Made by a program: the position numbers and the translations under genes | NCBI RefSeq assembly: GCF_001194135.2 | Contig: NC_068981.1 | Coordinates: 188,846,651-188,900,306, forward strand | DNA: 53,656 bases | Direction of reading: 5' to 3' | From: Octopus bimaculoides | Lineage: Eukaryota | Shown here: positions 1 to 12,793 of the stretch, piece after piece | Numbering within the stretch: position 1 is the first letter of the stretch | Layout of the letters: the number at the start of each line of letters is the position of its first letter | Notes under the pieces: model-generated | Seen by the model: the letters and a program-made list of their open reading frames with translations, nothing else | What the model was told of the DNA's origin: nothing | Databases searched by the model: none

Positions 1-54
<54 letters not shown>

Positions 55-61
55 CACGGAC

Positions 62-205
62 ACACATACATATATGAGCTTCTTTTAGTCCCAGTCTACC
101 AAATCCACTCAACATTTTGGTTAGCATAGGCCTATAGTAGGAGAGACTTGCCCATGCAATGAAGCAGAACCAGAAACCATGTGATTAAGAAGTGAAATTC
201 TGAAC
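62..205 (-). mobile_element. SINE family A, degenerate 5' half
   Basis: Diverged match to the family A block (gtctaccaaatccactc...ctatagtag...acttgccc...aaccatgtg) seen in the better copies. Confidence 0.6.
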
Positions 206-269
206 ATCCTGTATATGTGAGCCTACACACATATATATGCATACATCATCTTTATCATCATTGTTGCCG

Positions 270-800
270 TCATCATCATCATCATCCCCATCATTTGATG
301 TCCATTTTCAATGCTGGTATGGGTTGGATAGTTAGACAGGATCTGATTAAACCAGGGTAGCTGTGCCAGGCTCCATTGTCTGTTTTGGAATGGTTTCTAT
401 GGCTGGATGCCCTTCGTGTTGTATAGTGGAACTGTACACCACTCCTGGTAAAATGTGGTAGTAGCCAGCCATTATAAATAGACCATTAGCAGGTCAACAG
501 AAGAAGGTAAAGAAGGTCAAAGGTCGAGAGTACATGTAGACTGTGCTGATAGTCACGTGTGTGTTGGTATAGTAATTATACTGTGATACTGAGTTGGATG
601 TTATAATGATCCAACCTTTTCAGGATAATAACACGGGGGGGGGGGGTCATACAGTGCCAGATAGAAACATTCTATTGATGACTATGGAATATAACAATAT
701 CTGTCAGAACGACGACCATTGTCAAAAGACCACTTTACAACACTTCCTAAGGCCAACCACTTTACAAAGTATGCTGGGTGCTTTTTTATGTGATACCAGT
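270..800 (-). mobile_element. RTE-type 3' end with (GAT)n tail, split by a solo LTR (417-742)
   Basis: (CAT)n then tgatgtccattttcaatgctggtatgggttgga...ggctggatgcccttc; the consensus resumes at 743 (cttcctaaggccaaccac...). Confidence 0.75.
417..742. mobile_element. Solo LTR of an LTR retrotransposon (326 bp)
   Basis: Ends TGTTGTATAGTGG...CCACTTTACAACA (13-bp inverted termini, 1 mismatch); 5-bp TSD cttcg/cttcc (412-416, 743-747); TATAAATA at 473-480. Confidence 0.8.
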
Positions 801-801
801 A

Positions 802-900
802 CCACTATGTGGCACCTTGGACAAGTGTCTTCTACTATAGCCTCGTATCAACCAAAGCCTTGTGAGTGGATTTGGTGGACAAAAACTGAAAAAAGCTCAT

Positions 901-943
<43 letters not shown>

Positions 944-1150
944 GTATGTATTTGTGTCTGTGTATGTCCGCCTACCGTCACTTGACAACTGATGTTGGTG
1001 TGTTTACGTCCCCATAACATTAGTGGTTCGGCAAAAGAGACCAATAAAATAAGTACTTGGCTTACAAAGAATAAGTCCTGGGGTCAGTTTGTTTGACTAA
1101 AGGCGGTGCTTCAGCATGACCACAGTCAAATGACTGAAACAAGTAAAAGA
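802..1150 (+). mobile_element. SINE family A, 5'-truncated
   Basis: gtggcaccttgg...gtgagtggatttgg, central (TA)n/(TATG)n, tail cagtcaaatgactgaaacaagtaaaaga. Confidence 0.9.
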
Positions 1151-1592
1151 ATTTAAAAAAATTATCTTACGTTGCTCAGTTGAAATGAATCCTAGCCAAA
1201 TGATGACGCAGCCATCTCACCCTCCAACTACCACGTCTTTAATTTTAATTTTTCATTGGATCACAAGTGAAAGGGTAGTTATCTCTGCACATAATTTCAC
1301 AGGGGTCTAGAACAATTCGCACAAACATGGTGTATCCTACCAAGTCATACCTGTTTCTGAGTGGCAGCTCTGTTTTCGTGTTGGTGTGCAAAGGTCATGG
1401 GTTTAAGGGGATCATGAAAAGCCTGGTTGGAGGTCCAATCTCTCAAGTTCTTTAATAGGGCTTAGAAAAACTGAAAGATTCCTGCAATACAAGTGTGAAC
1501 CTATGTTGAGTAAAATCATAATTAAGTGATCCTCCTGTATTTTCTTTTACCCAAAGCCAGGGACTTCTCAGCACCCTCTCACATGTGTGTCC

Positions 1593-1623
<31 letters not shown>

Positions 1624-2174
1624 CACACACAAAGACGTATAATATACATATACATACATATATACATAAATGTTTATACACACACATACACATACATATA
1701 TATACATATACACACACACACACACACACATAAATATATATATATATANNNNNNNNNNNNNNNNNNNNNNNNNNNNNNNNNNNNNNNNNNNNNNNNNNNN
1801 NNNNNNNNNNNNNNNNNNNNNNNNNNNNNNNNNNNNNNNNNNNNNNNNNNNNNNNNNNNNNNNNNNNNNNNNNNNNNNNNNNNNNNNNNNNNNNNNNNNN
1901 NNNNNNNNNNNNNNNNNNNNNNNNNNNNNNNNNNNNNNNNNNNNNNNNNNNNNNNNCCCCTAGAAATAGCAGCAAAAGACTACATACCACAAAATTAGGG
2001 ATAATTTCGAAAGGGAATGAAAAATAAAAACATTTACCAATCTATATTCTGTACCATTATAGGCATCTCTGCATTTTAAATGAATAATACATAGTCTATT
2101 GACTGTTTTTTACTCTCGCTAGACCACTGGTGGTAAATAAAATTTCTAAAATTTTTTTGCTACCCTATAATTTA

Positions 2175-2205
<31 letters not shown>

Positions 2206-2520
2206 CCCACATAAACATTGATATACATACACATCTACAACTACAGATATACACATATATAATAAATATTAGAAAGTAGGAAATAGACTGGAAATTAGGT
2301 GACAGACACTATAAAAACCTCAATAAAGAAATAAAAATCTTCCATAAAAACCTTGTTGCAAAAATAGTAAATAAATATATAAGAGATTTAGCTACTATTG
2401 ATATTCTAAGTTGGTGATTTTGATATATAATCATTAATATATTCAAAGAAAGATTTAGAAGGTAAATTGAGAATAACCAAGTAAAAAAAAATAAAACACA
2501 TTTTAAATGCTGTATGTGTG

Positions 2521-2610
2521 TGTATGTGTAAGAGAGAGAGTGAGTGTGTGTGTATGTGTAAGAGAGAGAGTGAGTGTGTGTGTATGTGTAAGAGAGAGAG
2601 TGAGTGTGTG
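2521..2610. repeat. 30-bp minisatellite x3 (tgtatgtgtaagagagagagtgagtgtgtg)
   Basis: Three identical consecutive units. Confidence 0.9.
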
Positions 2611-2771
2611 TGTATGTGTGCGTGAAAACAATAAAAATATAAATGCAAGCAATAAAAGCACAGCATAAAAATGTTGAGGTGAGTTGTGATCAACATCAGT
2701 GTTATGGTTCAGAATGAGATAACCATATTTGACATTTATTTAAGAACATTTCCCTCAAGAATTCACATTTA

Positions 2772-3235
2772 TTGGCTACAAACAAGTCTTTACTGATAAA
2801 TTCACACCGCTATAATGATGCTCTATCTCCAAGCAGCTGTATGGATAAGTTAATAAAGATCAGCACACCAATATGCAACGGACATAGAAACATTAGCTGG
2901 TATAACCCACCATACAATTTACCGCTTGCAATGCCAGTTATGAGAAGATACTTCACACTTCTTAGAAAACACTTTCCCCACTCAACACAGACACTCTAAA
3001 CTCTATTAAAGTATCTACTCAACTCCTAAATTCTAAATTCTTCACAAAGCATTACAAATTAATGTTAAGCTGAACAAACACCAGAAACAGTGATAGGGTA
3101 GAACTAGCAATTGTGCTAACTCTGGCTCAGGCTCTACAAAACTGCTCAATGAAGAACATCATCTACCAATTCACTACCATGATAAATCATATCTCAAAAG
3201 CCTATATTTTAATGTTTGAGATGACTGGGATATTA
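2772..3235 (+). mobile_element. Penelope-like element remnant (RT-EN linker and start of GIY-YIG endonuclease), frameshifted
   Basis: RNISWYNPPYN...YFTLLRKHFPH resembles the PLE motif RNIxWFNPPY...FLxLxxKHFP; followed by SIKVS (about 3002) and NCSMKNIIYQFT...KAYI (from 3140), resembling the GIY-YIG start. Confidence 0.75.
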
Positions 3236-3256
3236 AGTTTTGTCTAACAGCTTATT

Positions 3257-4307
3257 CCTTGTGAGTGGATTTGGTAAACGGAAACTGAAAGAAGCCCATT
3301 GTATATATNNNNNNNNNNNNNNNNNNNNNNNNNNNNNNNNNNNNNNNNNNNNNNNNNNNNNNNNNNNNNNNNNNNNNNNNNNNNNNNNNNNNNNNNNNNN
3401 NNNNNNNNNNNNNNNNNNNNNNNNNNNNNNNNNNNNNNNNNNNNNNNNNNNNNNNNNNNNNNNNNNNNNNNNNNNNNNNNNNNNNNNNNNNNNNNNNNNN
3501 NNNNNNNNNNNNNNNNNNNNNNNNNNNNNNNNNNNNNNNNNNNNNNNNNNNNNNNNNNNNNNNNNNNNNNNNNNNNNNNNNNNNNNNNNNNNNNNNNNNN
3601 NNNNNNNNNNNNNNNNNNNNNNNNNNNNNNNNNNNNNNNNNNNNNNNNNNNNNNNNNNNNNNNNNNNNNNNNNNNNNNNNNNNNNNNNNNNNNNNNNNNN
3701 NNNNNNNNNNNNNNNNNNNNNNNNNNNNNNNNNNNNNNNNNNNNNNNNNNNNNNNNNNNNNNNNNNNNNNNNNNNNNNNNNNNNNNNNNNNNNNNNNNNN
3801 NNNNNNNNNNNNNNNNNNNNNNNNNNNNNNNNNNNNNNNNNNNNNNNNNNNNNNNNNNNNNNNNNNNNNNNNNNNNNNNNNNNNNNNNNNNNNNNNNNNN
3901 NNNNNNNNNNNNNNNNNNNNNNNNNNNNNNNNNNNNNNNNNNNNNNNNNNNNNNNNNNNNNNNNNNNNNNNNNNNNNNNNNNNNNNNNNNNNNNNNNNNN
4001 NNNNNNNNNNNNNNNNNNNNNNNNNNNNNNNNNNNNNNNNNNNNNNNNNNNNNNNNGCATATATATATATATATATATATACACACATGTATGAGTGTGT
4101 GTTTATGTGTGTGTGTCTGTGTTTGTCCTCCCAACATCGCTTGACAACCGATGTTGGCGTGTTTAGGTTCCCGTAACTTAGTATGGCAAAAGAGACTGAT
4201 AGAATAAGTACTAGGCTTACAAAGAATAAGTCCTGGGGTCGATTTGCTCGACTGAAGGCAGTGCTCCAGCATGGCCACAGTCAAATGACTGAAACAAGTA
4301 AAAGAGA
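3257..4307 (+). mobile_element. SINE family A halves either side of an N gap
   Basis: ccttgtgagtggatttggtaaacggaaactgaaagaagccc before the gap; 3' half and gaaacaagtaaaagag tail after it. May be one copy or two. Confidence 0.75.
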
Positions 4308-5159
4308 GTGTATAGGACAATGCCTTCAGCATGCCCACCACATTAGATAGCTCTATCTAGGTCAGAAAAGTACTTGTTTCGTTATTCAATTTCTGTAATT
4401 TGTACCACCTGGATCCTACATGGATCAGCCATACTTAACTACAAGTGAATTTAACCAATATATACACAGGAGAATTCACAGTAATACCACTCTGTCACGA
4501 CCCCTCTGTCTTGAAGAATATATTCCTTCTTTATATTGCTTCAATATATAATTCTGTATTGTGTATTAGAGCTTTTTATATTTTTTAAAATCAAATTCCT
4601 GTTTCTATATAATCTATAGATGTGGGTTATTTGTCTTTGATCCTTTTAGAATAACTTTCCTTGTTGCAGTATCTCTAATGCTTGTAGGAATGCAAAACAA
4701 GAATGAAATTTGTGCTGTATTTCATTCAGAGAGTTTCTTCTCTTGAAATTCCTTCCAATATGCCGGCTGGCCAAACTACATTAATTTTGACAAAATAAAC
4801 GAGCTATTCCAACTATTGTCTGATGATCTTGAAATGTGAAAGAAACAAGACTAGTCTTGTCAGTGCATTCATCTAAATAAGCAAATATTTCAAGTGGCTG
4901 AGTGTTATTGAGTATTTCAACATAAACTGCGGTACTCCCTATTTCTTTCTCTGTAGCAGGGTACCTAACGATATGTGATAGCTGTTTCACACTGCTTCCA
5001 TTTTGTAAACATTGGTTGTGTAGTCAACAGAGTCAACAGTGATTTCACACTCATGACAAATCTTCACCAATAACAGCCAATCTTCCAATACGAGCCAATC
5101 TTCTAAGAAACAATAACACCGGGAATTTTGCAGCACCTCCAAGAATAAATAGGAGGGAG

Positions 5160-5640
5160 GAAGGTATCTTCAAACCAGATGATGATGATACAAATATATG
5201 CATATGTGGGTGGATAATTTTCTGGGGTGTTAGAGGAGAGTGACAGGTGGTTAAAGGTGGGGCTAGAGGTGAATATAATGAAAGATATTCAAGTGTGAGG
5301 TGTGATCAATTAGGAAGAAGGTAAAGGAAATAACTCAGGAAGGGGGAGGTAATAAATGGTAGAACAGGAAAGATACGGGACTGTAGCGTAATGAAGCTGA
5401 GGATAGATCAGAAAATAGGGAGCTGATGTGCGGGAGATATAAAGGGACAGAGATGGAGGTCAAAGACATTTAGTGGCTGTTATGGTGGGTGGGGGGAAAA
5501 GTAGGAAAGAGCCAGTGATGAGTGTTGAGAGGGATGAGAGATATGAAAGATTATTTAAAATGAGGTACGGATGTTAAAAGTGGTTCCAGGGAGATCGGGG
5601 AGGGAACTGGTAGTAAAATGATGATGAAATATGTGCAGAT
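5160..5640. repeat. Purine(GA)-rich degenerate retroelement-like tract
   Basis: Strong G/A strand skew, like 24880-25820, 40860-41140 and 51480-51850; no alignable protein motif. Confidence 0.35.
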
Positions 5641-5711
5641 TCTGCAGTCATGTGATTGCAACAGCTGAATTATGCAGTTAGTGTGTGTGTGTGTGCATGT
5701 GCATATATGTA

Positions 5712-5763
<52 letters not shown>

Positions 5764-6141
5764 GAGAGAGAGAGCTATAGATAGCTATATACACACACAT
5801 GATCAGCAGCAGCAGATATTGATGATGATGATGATGTGTGTTTATATATATATATATATGTGTATATGTGTGTATATGTAGGTGTATGTATAAATGTGTA
5901 TTTATGCATATGAATATATATATATATGTATGTGTTAGCATATATGCATGTGTGTGCATGTATATGTACATGTATGCATAAATGTGTGTGTGTGTGAATG
6001 TATGTATGACATATACACAAGTTATATTTACAATTGCTACACTATTTTGTGTATTGTTGTATCAAGCATTCCTTCTCATACATAAATGCACAGACACGTG
6101 TTATTCATATGCATGCATGTGTGTGTGTGTGTGCGTGTGTT

Positions 6142-6176
<35 letters not shown>

Positions 6177-6892
6177 ATATTCATGTATGTAAGACTATGT
6201 GTGCAGGTGTCTTTGTGTGTATCATTTAAAATCTAGACATTATATATATATATATATNNNNNNNNNNNNNNNNNNNNNNNNNNNNNNNNNNNNNNNNNNN
6301 NNNNNNNNNNNNNNNNNNNNNNNNNNNNNNNNNNNNNNNNNNNNNNNNNNNNNNNNNNNNNNNNNNNNNNNNNNNNNNNNNNNNNNNNNNNNNNNNNNNN
6401 NNNNNNNNNNNNNNNNNNNNNNNNNNNNNNNNNNNNNNNNNNNNNNNNNNNNNNNNNNNNNNNNNNNNNNNNNNNNNNNNNNNNNNNNNNNNNNNNNNNN
6501 NNNNNNNNNNNNNNNNNNNNNNNNNNNNNNNNNNNNNNNNNNNNNNNNNNNNNNNNNNNNNNNNNNNNNNNNNNNNNNNNNNNNGGAAGTGATGATGAAA
6601 TCTGCTTAATGTTTGTTTATTTTCTAAACTAGAGTAATATTTTCTAATATCCTTTGCTTCGTTGAAGTTAAGCATGTGTTGGTTATTTACTTTGAATACA
6701 AAACCCTTTTTCTATGGAAAGTACAGGTTAGTTAAAATTTAAAAATTCATATAAATTTTATAAAAATTCATTGTTGTAAGTTTCCACTTCCCTTCAATAC
6801 ATTTTTCGAATGATTTATAATATGTATTTATTAACTCTTAAACTTTTGGAGTTTTTATTTGTTTCTATTAAATATTTCTGAAATCTGAAATG

Positions 6893-7110
6893 TTATCATC
6901 ATCATCATCATCATCATCATAGGTCTGGTTTTCCATGCAGGCATGGGTTTAACGGTTTGACCTGATCTGCTGAGTCTCAGAGCTGCATAAGTGCTCCGTG
7001 GCAGCTTTGGCATGTCTGCTGTGGTTGGTTGCCTTTCCTAATGCCAACGCCTTTACAGTGTGAACTGGGTACATCTTTCATGTCATCAATACTAGTGAGA
7101 TTGCCAAGTA
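6893..7110 (-). mobile_element. RTE-type 3' end
   Basis: (CAT)n then ttttccatgcaggcatggg...ggttgcctttcctaatgccaac. Confidence 0.75.
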
Positions 7111-7282
7111 ACATGCAAGACAGAGAAAGAAAAGGAAAAGGAAAAAAGACCCCCCCCCCTCCTCAACTAAGGTTATATGTAGTCCATTATCATATAATTT
7201 ATTTCTTGGATTTTTTTGTTGAATACTCTACCTTTCATTTCTCTATATAAATGATATTCTGAAATCCTTCTCCTCCTCATTG

Positions 7283-7500
7283 TTATCATCATCGTTTAAC
7301 ATGTGTTTTCCATACTGCTATGGGTTGGACAGTCTGACAGGAGCTGGCATGTCGGGGAGCTGCACCAGGCTCCAGTTGTCTGCTCTGGCATGGTTTCTAC
7401 AGCTGGATTGTCCTTCCTAACACCAACCATTTCACAGAGTGTACTGGGTGCTTTTTATGTGCCATCAACACAGGTGTTTTATACATGGCACTAACATAGG
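7283..7500 (-). mobile_element. RTE-type 3' end
   Basis: catcatcgtttaac...atgggttggacagtctgac...acagctggattgtccttcctaacaccaacc. Confidence 0.8.
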
Positions 7501-8898
7501 TGCTTTTCTGAATATTAGCATAATGGTTTGTTGACAACCTCTTATGAGCAATGTCTTTGTCACTTTTAGTAGGAACATAATTTACTAATTTGAACCCAGT
7601 ATAACTCCTCTAATTATCTTAAGCTATTAACTGCCAAACTTTTTTATACATATTTTTGGCTTTGCCAGGTGTCTTAGGAGTTAAAATAATATATAGTATT
7701 TAAATTTTCTTTATATGTGAATTATTTTGGAAATTATGATAAATTTTTTGAGAAGACCCAAATGGGGATCACTAGAAAAAAGCATATCTATCCTTTTCTA
7801 TTCAATTCCAATAATAAACATTTTATTTATTTTTTTTTTTGAAACTATAGTATCAAATGCGAATGTGTATGAAATATCAATGAATCATGTAGATGGGAAA
7901 TGTAAAAAAAAAAAAAAAAGAAAAACTTTTTCAAAACAGTCAATATTTTTGTAGTTCAAACATTGTGATTTATGACATAAAATGTCTTCTAGAATTAGCC
8001 AGGGCTAATAATGGCAAAGTTTAACTACTAAATATCGTTAAACACACTTCTGCAAATGCAATGCACATAAGCAATTTAATCCAAATACAACAAACAACCG
8101 GCAGAGAGACTGTTTTTAGCAAATCCCCAAAAGGGGCTCATGGCAAGCAATGGGTTAATGACATCAAAGGAAAGAAAAACAAAGCAGGCTGTCTACAATC
8201 TGCACTTTCAATGGTGTGAAATGTGACCGAATTCTTCTGGGGAAAGTAAATCAAACACCTTATTAAATTCTCACCTGTTGCTAGTGTCCGTGGTTCTATT
8301 AGTTACTTTTGACTTAGGTATATACACACACACATATATATTATAGACCCATAGACCCTGTGAGCATGACAGATCCAGTCAAACTTGGTAAAATTTACAC
8401 TCAGAATGTTAAGATATATAACTTTATATAGTTTAAAGCATTTCATTTGTCTTCCACAGTTACTGTTAATCACCAATATAACAGCTTTATAGTATTTTAA
8501 TAATCACTAATTATATGTACATCCTCCTTTTTTAGATTAAGTTGAAGAATGCATTCACTTCCTTATAATTTGAACAGGAAATTTAAGTACAAGATAAATG
8601 TAGTCTATATGTTAGTTCAAACAACTTACCTTTTCATTTGCACATGTGTTTCCATATACTAAAAACATATGTTTATTTGTAAACTTTATATTTCTGTTCA
8701 TTCTCTTCTGTGGTCAAAGTATAATATTCTGCTGGGTGCAGTAATACTGCAGTTCTCATAATAAACATAGGATGTAACACTGTCTGCCAGCCTGTCTGTG
8801 TGTCTCTCTCTCTCTTTCTCATACATATATATATATATATATACACACATACATACATGCATACAGGCACATATATGTATATATATATTTATATATAT

Positions 8899-9087
8899 CA
8901 TCATCATCATCATCATCTAACGTCCGCATTCCATGCTGGCATGGGTTAGATGGTTTGGTTGGAACTGGTAAGCTGTGAAGCTGCACCATGTTCCAATCTG
9001 ATTCAGCTCCCTTGCTTACCAGTTGCAGTCAAACCATCTAACCCATGCCAGCATGGAAAATGGATGCTAAATGATGACGATGATGAT
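8899..9087. repeat. Fold-back pair of RTE 3' ends (about 75-bp arms)
   Basis: 8899-8973 is the reverse complement of 9014-9087, sharing ttagatggtttg and aactggtaagc. Confidence 0.85.
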
Positions 9088-9107
9088 ATACATATATTCT
9101 TTTATTG

Positions 9108-9480
9108 TTTTACTTGTTTCAGTCATTTGACTGTGGCCATGTTGGAGCACCACCTTTAGTCGAGCAAATCGACCCCAGGACTTATTCTTTGTAAGCTTAG
9201 TACTTATACTATCGGTCTTTTTTGCCGAACCACTGAGTTAAGGGGATGTAAACACACCAGCATTGTGATGATCGGGGGACAAACACATACACACACATAC
9301 CCACATATATATATATACGACGGGCTTCTTTCAGTTTCCATCTACCAAATCCACTCACAAGGCTTTGGTCAGCCCGAGGCTATAGTAGAAGACACCTGCC
9401 CAAGGTACCATACAGTAGGACTGAACCTGGATCCATGTGGTTGGTAAGCAAGCTACTTACCACACAGCCACTCCTGCACC
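9108..9480 (-). mobile_element. SINE family A, full length
   Basis: Minus-strand tRNA-like head with A-box TGGCTGTGTGG and B-box GGTTCAGTCC, central (CA/TA)n, complete tail. Confidence 0.92.
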
Positions 9481-10101
9481 CATGTATATATATATATATC
9501 TCTCCTTCCTTTCCCGAGCGTCCAATAACACTATCCGTATCACGTCCTCACTTTGTTGTTTTTTTGTTATTGTTTTTTGTGTTTTTTTGAACTTATATAT
9601 ATATATACACACACACACACACATGTTTATATCCAGCATTAATAATCAAGCCAAAATGACACATACATGCAACAGTCTATGAGAGCAGTAGTTCCTTATA
9701 AATATGGACTCAAACCAGAACAACCTGTCTTATACCATCAAGGAAAGTGAACATAACAGTATGAAGACAATATGTAAACACGCACACACACATGCACACA
9801 CCATGTGCAAGGAGTATTTGAGGAAACTTCATTATCAGTATATTTACTCTCTTCAAACTGATTGAAAGATTTTATTTCTCTCAAATCTACCATGACAGAT
9901 AAAATGCTAATACATTGAATGAAAAGACAAGCAGTCATTGTTACCATATGTGCAGAATGCAGTGATTTAGAAATTGCCAACTTTTTAAATGTTATAAGAA
10001 CTTTTGTACACAAAGTTCAGGTGGAACTGGAAAAGTCTGGGAGGAAAGTTTTAACTTTACCATAAAGCAAAGACGAAAAAAACAAAAAACAAGAAAATAT
10101 T

Positions 10102-10299
10102 CAGGTGTGGTTGTGTGGTAAGAAGTTTGCTTCTCAACTACATGGTTCCAGGTTCAATCTCACTGCATGGCACCTTGGGCAATTGTCTTCTACTATAGCC
10201 TTGGGCCAGCCAAAGCCTTGGGCCAGCCAAAGCCTTGGGCCAGCCAAAGCCTTGTGAGTGGATTTGGTTGACAGAAAATAAAAAAGCCTATCGTATATA
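10102..10299 (+). mobile_element. SINE family A 5' half with internal 17-bp triplication
   Basis: Head ggtgtggttgtgtggtaag...ggttcaatctc; gccttgggccagccaaa x3 at 10198-10248; runs into the gap. Confidence 0.9.
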
Positions 10300-11240
10300 N
10301 NNNNNNNNNNNNNNNNNNNNNNNNNNNNNNNNNNNNNNNNNNNNNNNNNNNNNNNNNNNNNNNNNNNNNNNNNNNNNNNNNNNNNNNNNNNNNNNNNNNN
10401 NNNNNNNNNNNNNNNNNNNNNNNNNNNNNNNNNNNNNNNNNNNNNNNNNNNNNNNNNNNNNNNNNNNNNNNNNNNNNNNNNNNNNNNNNNNNNNNNNNNN
10501 NNNNNNNNNNNNNNNNNNNNNNNNNNNNNNNNNNNNNNNNNNNNNNNNNNNNNNNNNNNNNNNNNNNNNNNNNNNNNNNNNNNNNNNNNNNNNNNNNNNN
10601 NNNNNNNNNNNNNNNNNNNNNNNNNNNNNNNNNNNNNNNNNNNNNNNNNNNNNNNNNNNNNNNNNNNNNNNNNNNNNNNNNNNNNNNNNNNNNNNNNNNN
10701 NNNNNNNNNNNNNNNNNNNNNNNNNNNNNNNNNNNNNNNNNNNNNNNNNNNNNNNNNNNNNNNNNNNNNNNNNNNNNNNNNNNNNNNNNNNNNNNNNNNN
10801 NNNNNNNNNNNNNNNNNNNNNNNNNNNNNNNNNNNNNNNNNNNNNNNNNNNNNNNNNNNNNNNNNNNNNNNNNNNNNNNNNNNNNNNNNNNNNNNNNNNN
10901 NNNNNNNNNNNNNNNNNNNNNNNNNNNNNNNNNNNNNNNNNNNNNNNNNNNNNNNNNNNNNNNNNNNNNNNNNNNNNNNNNNNNNNNNNNNNNNNNNNNN
11001 NNNNNNNNNNNNNNNNNNNNNNNNNNNNNNNNNNNNNNNNNNNNNNNNNNNNNNNNNNNNNNNNNNNNNNNNNNNNNNNNNNNNNNNNNNNNNNNNNNNN
11101 NNNNNNNNNNNNNNNNNNNNNNNNNNNNNNNNNNNNNNNNNNNNNNNNNNNNNNNNNNNNNNNNNNNNNNNNNNNNNNNNNNNNNNNNNNNNNNNNNNNN
11201 NNNNNNNNNNNNNNNNNNNNNNNNNNNNNNNNNNNNNNNN

Positions 11241-11527
11241 CTCTTTTGCCAAATCGCTAAGTTATGGGGACGTAAACACACCAGCATCGGTTGTCAAGCG
11301 ATGTTGGGGGGACAAACACAGACACACAAACATATACACACATACATATATATATACATATATACAACGGGCTTCTTTCAGTTTCTGTCTACCAAATCCA
11401 CTCACAAGGCTTTGGTTGGCCCGAGGCTATAGTAGAAGACACTTGCCCAAGGTGCCACGAAGTGCAACTGAACCTGGAAACATGTGGTTGGTAAGCAAGC
11501 TACTTACCACACAGCCACTCCTACACC
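11241..11527 (-). mobile_element. SINE family A (3' end lost in gap)
   Basis: Consensus body and head ending ...ttaccacacagccactcctacacc. Confidence 0.9.
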
Positions 11528-11834
11528 TAAAGCACTATCTTAATGAGCTAATTCCATAGGGAGCACTATCTCCAAAGGGAGACAAGCTCCCTATTGTTGT
11601 AGATACAACTGGATCATTGATGATTTTGTGTTTTTATGCTTAATGCCTCTTAAGGCTTATCAGTCACTCTCACCATGCCTGGGGTTAAAATCATCTCGCC
11701 TTGTAAGCTCATAAGATTTCCATTGGGATCATATGCTGATTTCCTAAATGGTAAAAGTGAAAATTATAAATAATATAGGTGGCTAATTCACAATTTTACA
11801 ACCTATATATGCATGTGTGCATGTATATATATTT

Positions 11835-12010
11835 TTTTTACTTGTTTCAGTCATGCTGAAGAACAACCATGAAGGGTTTAGTCAAACAAATCATGTTCAG
11901 GCCTATTTCTTGTTCAACTGGTTCTTATTCTATCATATCATTTTGATGATACATTGACTTAGGTGTAAACAAACCAACAGCGGTTGTCAAGTACTAAGTA
12001 GACAGACACA
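11835..12010 (-). mobile_element. SINE family A-like 3' half, degenerate
   Basis: tttacttgtttcagtcatgctg...gtaaacaaaccaacagcggttgtcaag. Confidence 0.55.
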
Positions 12011-12708
12011 AACACACGCACATGTATATATACATACAAATGAATTTATACATATGTATACATATATACATGCATGTGTATATAATCATGCACATATGTG
12101 CGTATCTATACATACACATATATACATGCATATATATATGTATATACATATATACATGTATATACATAGATAAATATATATATATTTATACATCGATATG
12201 TATATTCATATATATGTGTATGTATACACACACACACACACATGTATATATAATGTGTACATACATGTATATATTTATAGATGGATATATATATATATAT
12301 ATACACATACACACATATGCATGTATAAATACATTCATGTATATATAATGTGTATATACATGTATATATATANNNNNNNNNNNNNNNNNNNNNNNNNNNN
12401 NNNNNNNNNNNNNNNNNNNNNNNNNNNNNNNNNNNNNNNNNNNNNNNNNNNNNNNNNNNNNNNNNNNNNNNNNNNNNNNNNNNNNNNNNNNNNNNNNNNN
12501 NNNNNNNNNNNNNNNNNNNNNNNNNNNNNNNNNNNNNNNNNNNNNNNNNNNNNNNNNNNNNNNNNNNNNNNNNNNNNNNNNNNNNNNNNNNNNNNNNNNN
12601 NNNNNNNNNNNNNNNNNNNNNNNNNNNNNNNNNNNNNNNNNNNNNNNNNNNNNNNNNNNNNNNNNNNNNNNNNNNNNNNNNNNNNNNNNNNNNNNNNNNN
12701 NNNNNNNN

Positions 12709-12744
<36 letters not shown>

Positions 12745-12793
12745 GCATGTATTAATACATTCATGTATATTCACATATATGTAAGCACACATA

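Noticed and set aside
4819-4850. CTGATGA...GAAAC hammerhead-like spacing
   Set aside because: Stem II and stem I do not pair; chance match.
4781-5150. Minus-strand ORF with IFAYLDECTD, reminiscent of hAT (LDESTD) or a mariner N-terminus
   Set aside because: Only a few residues match, with no TIR pair or downstream motifs; it needs blastx.
8624-8790. Minus-strand AAG|GTAAGT donor suggesting an exon
   Set aside because: No polypyrimidine acceptor and no convincing open frame; such hexamers occur by chance at this window size.
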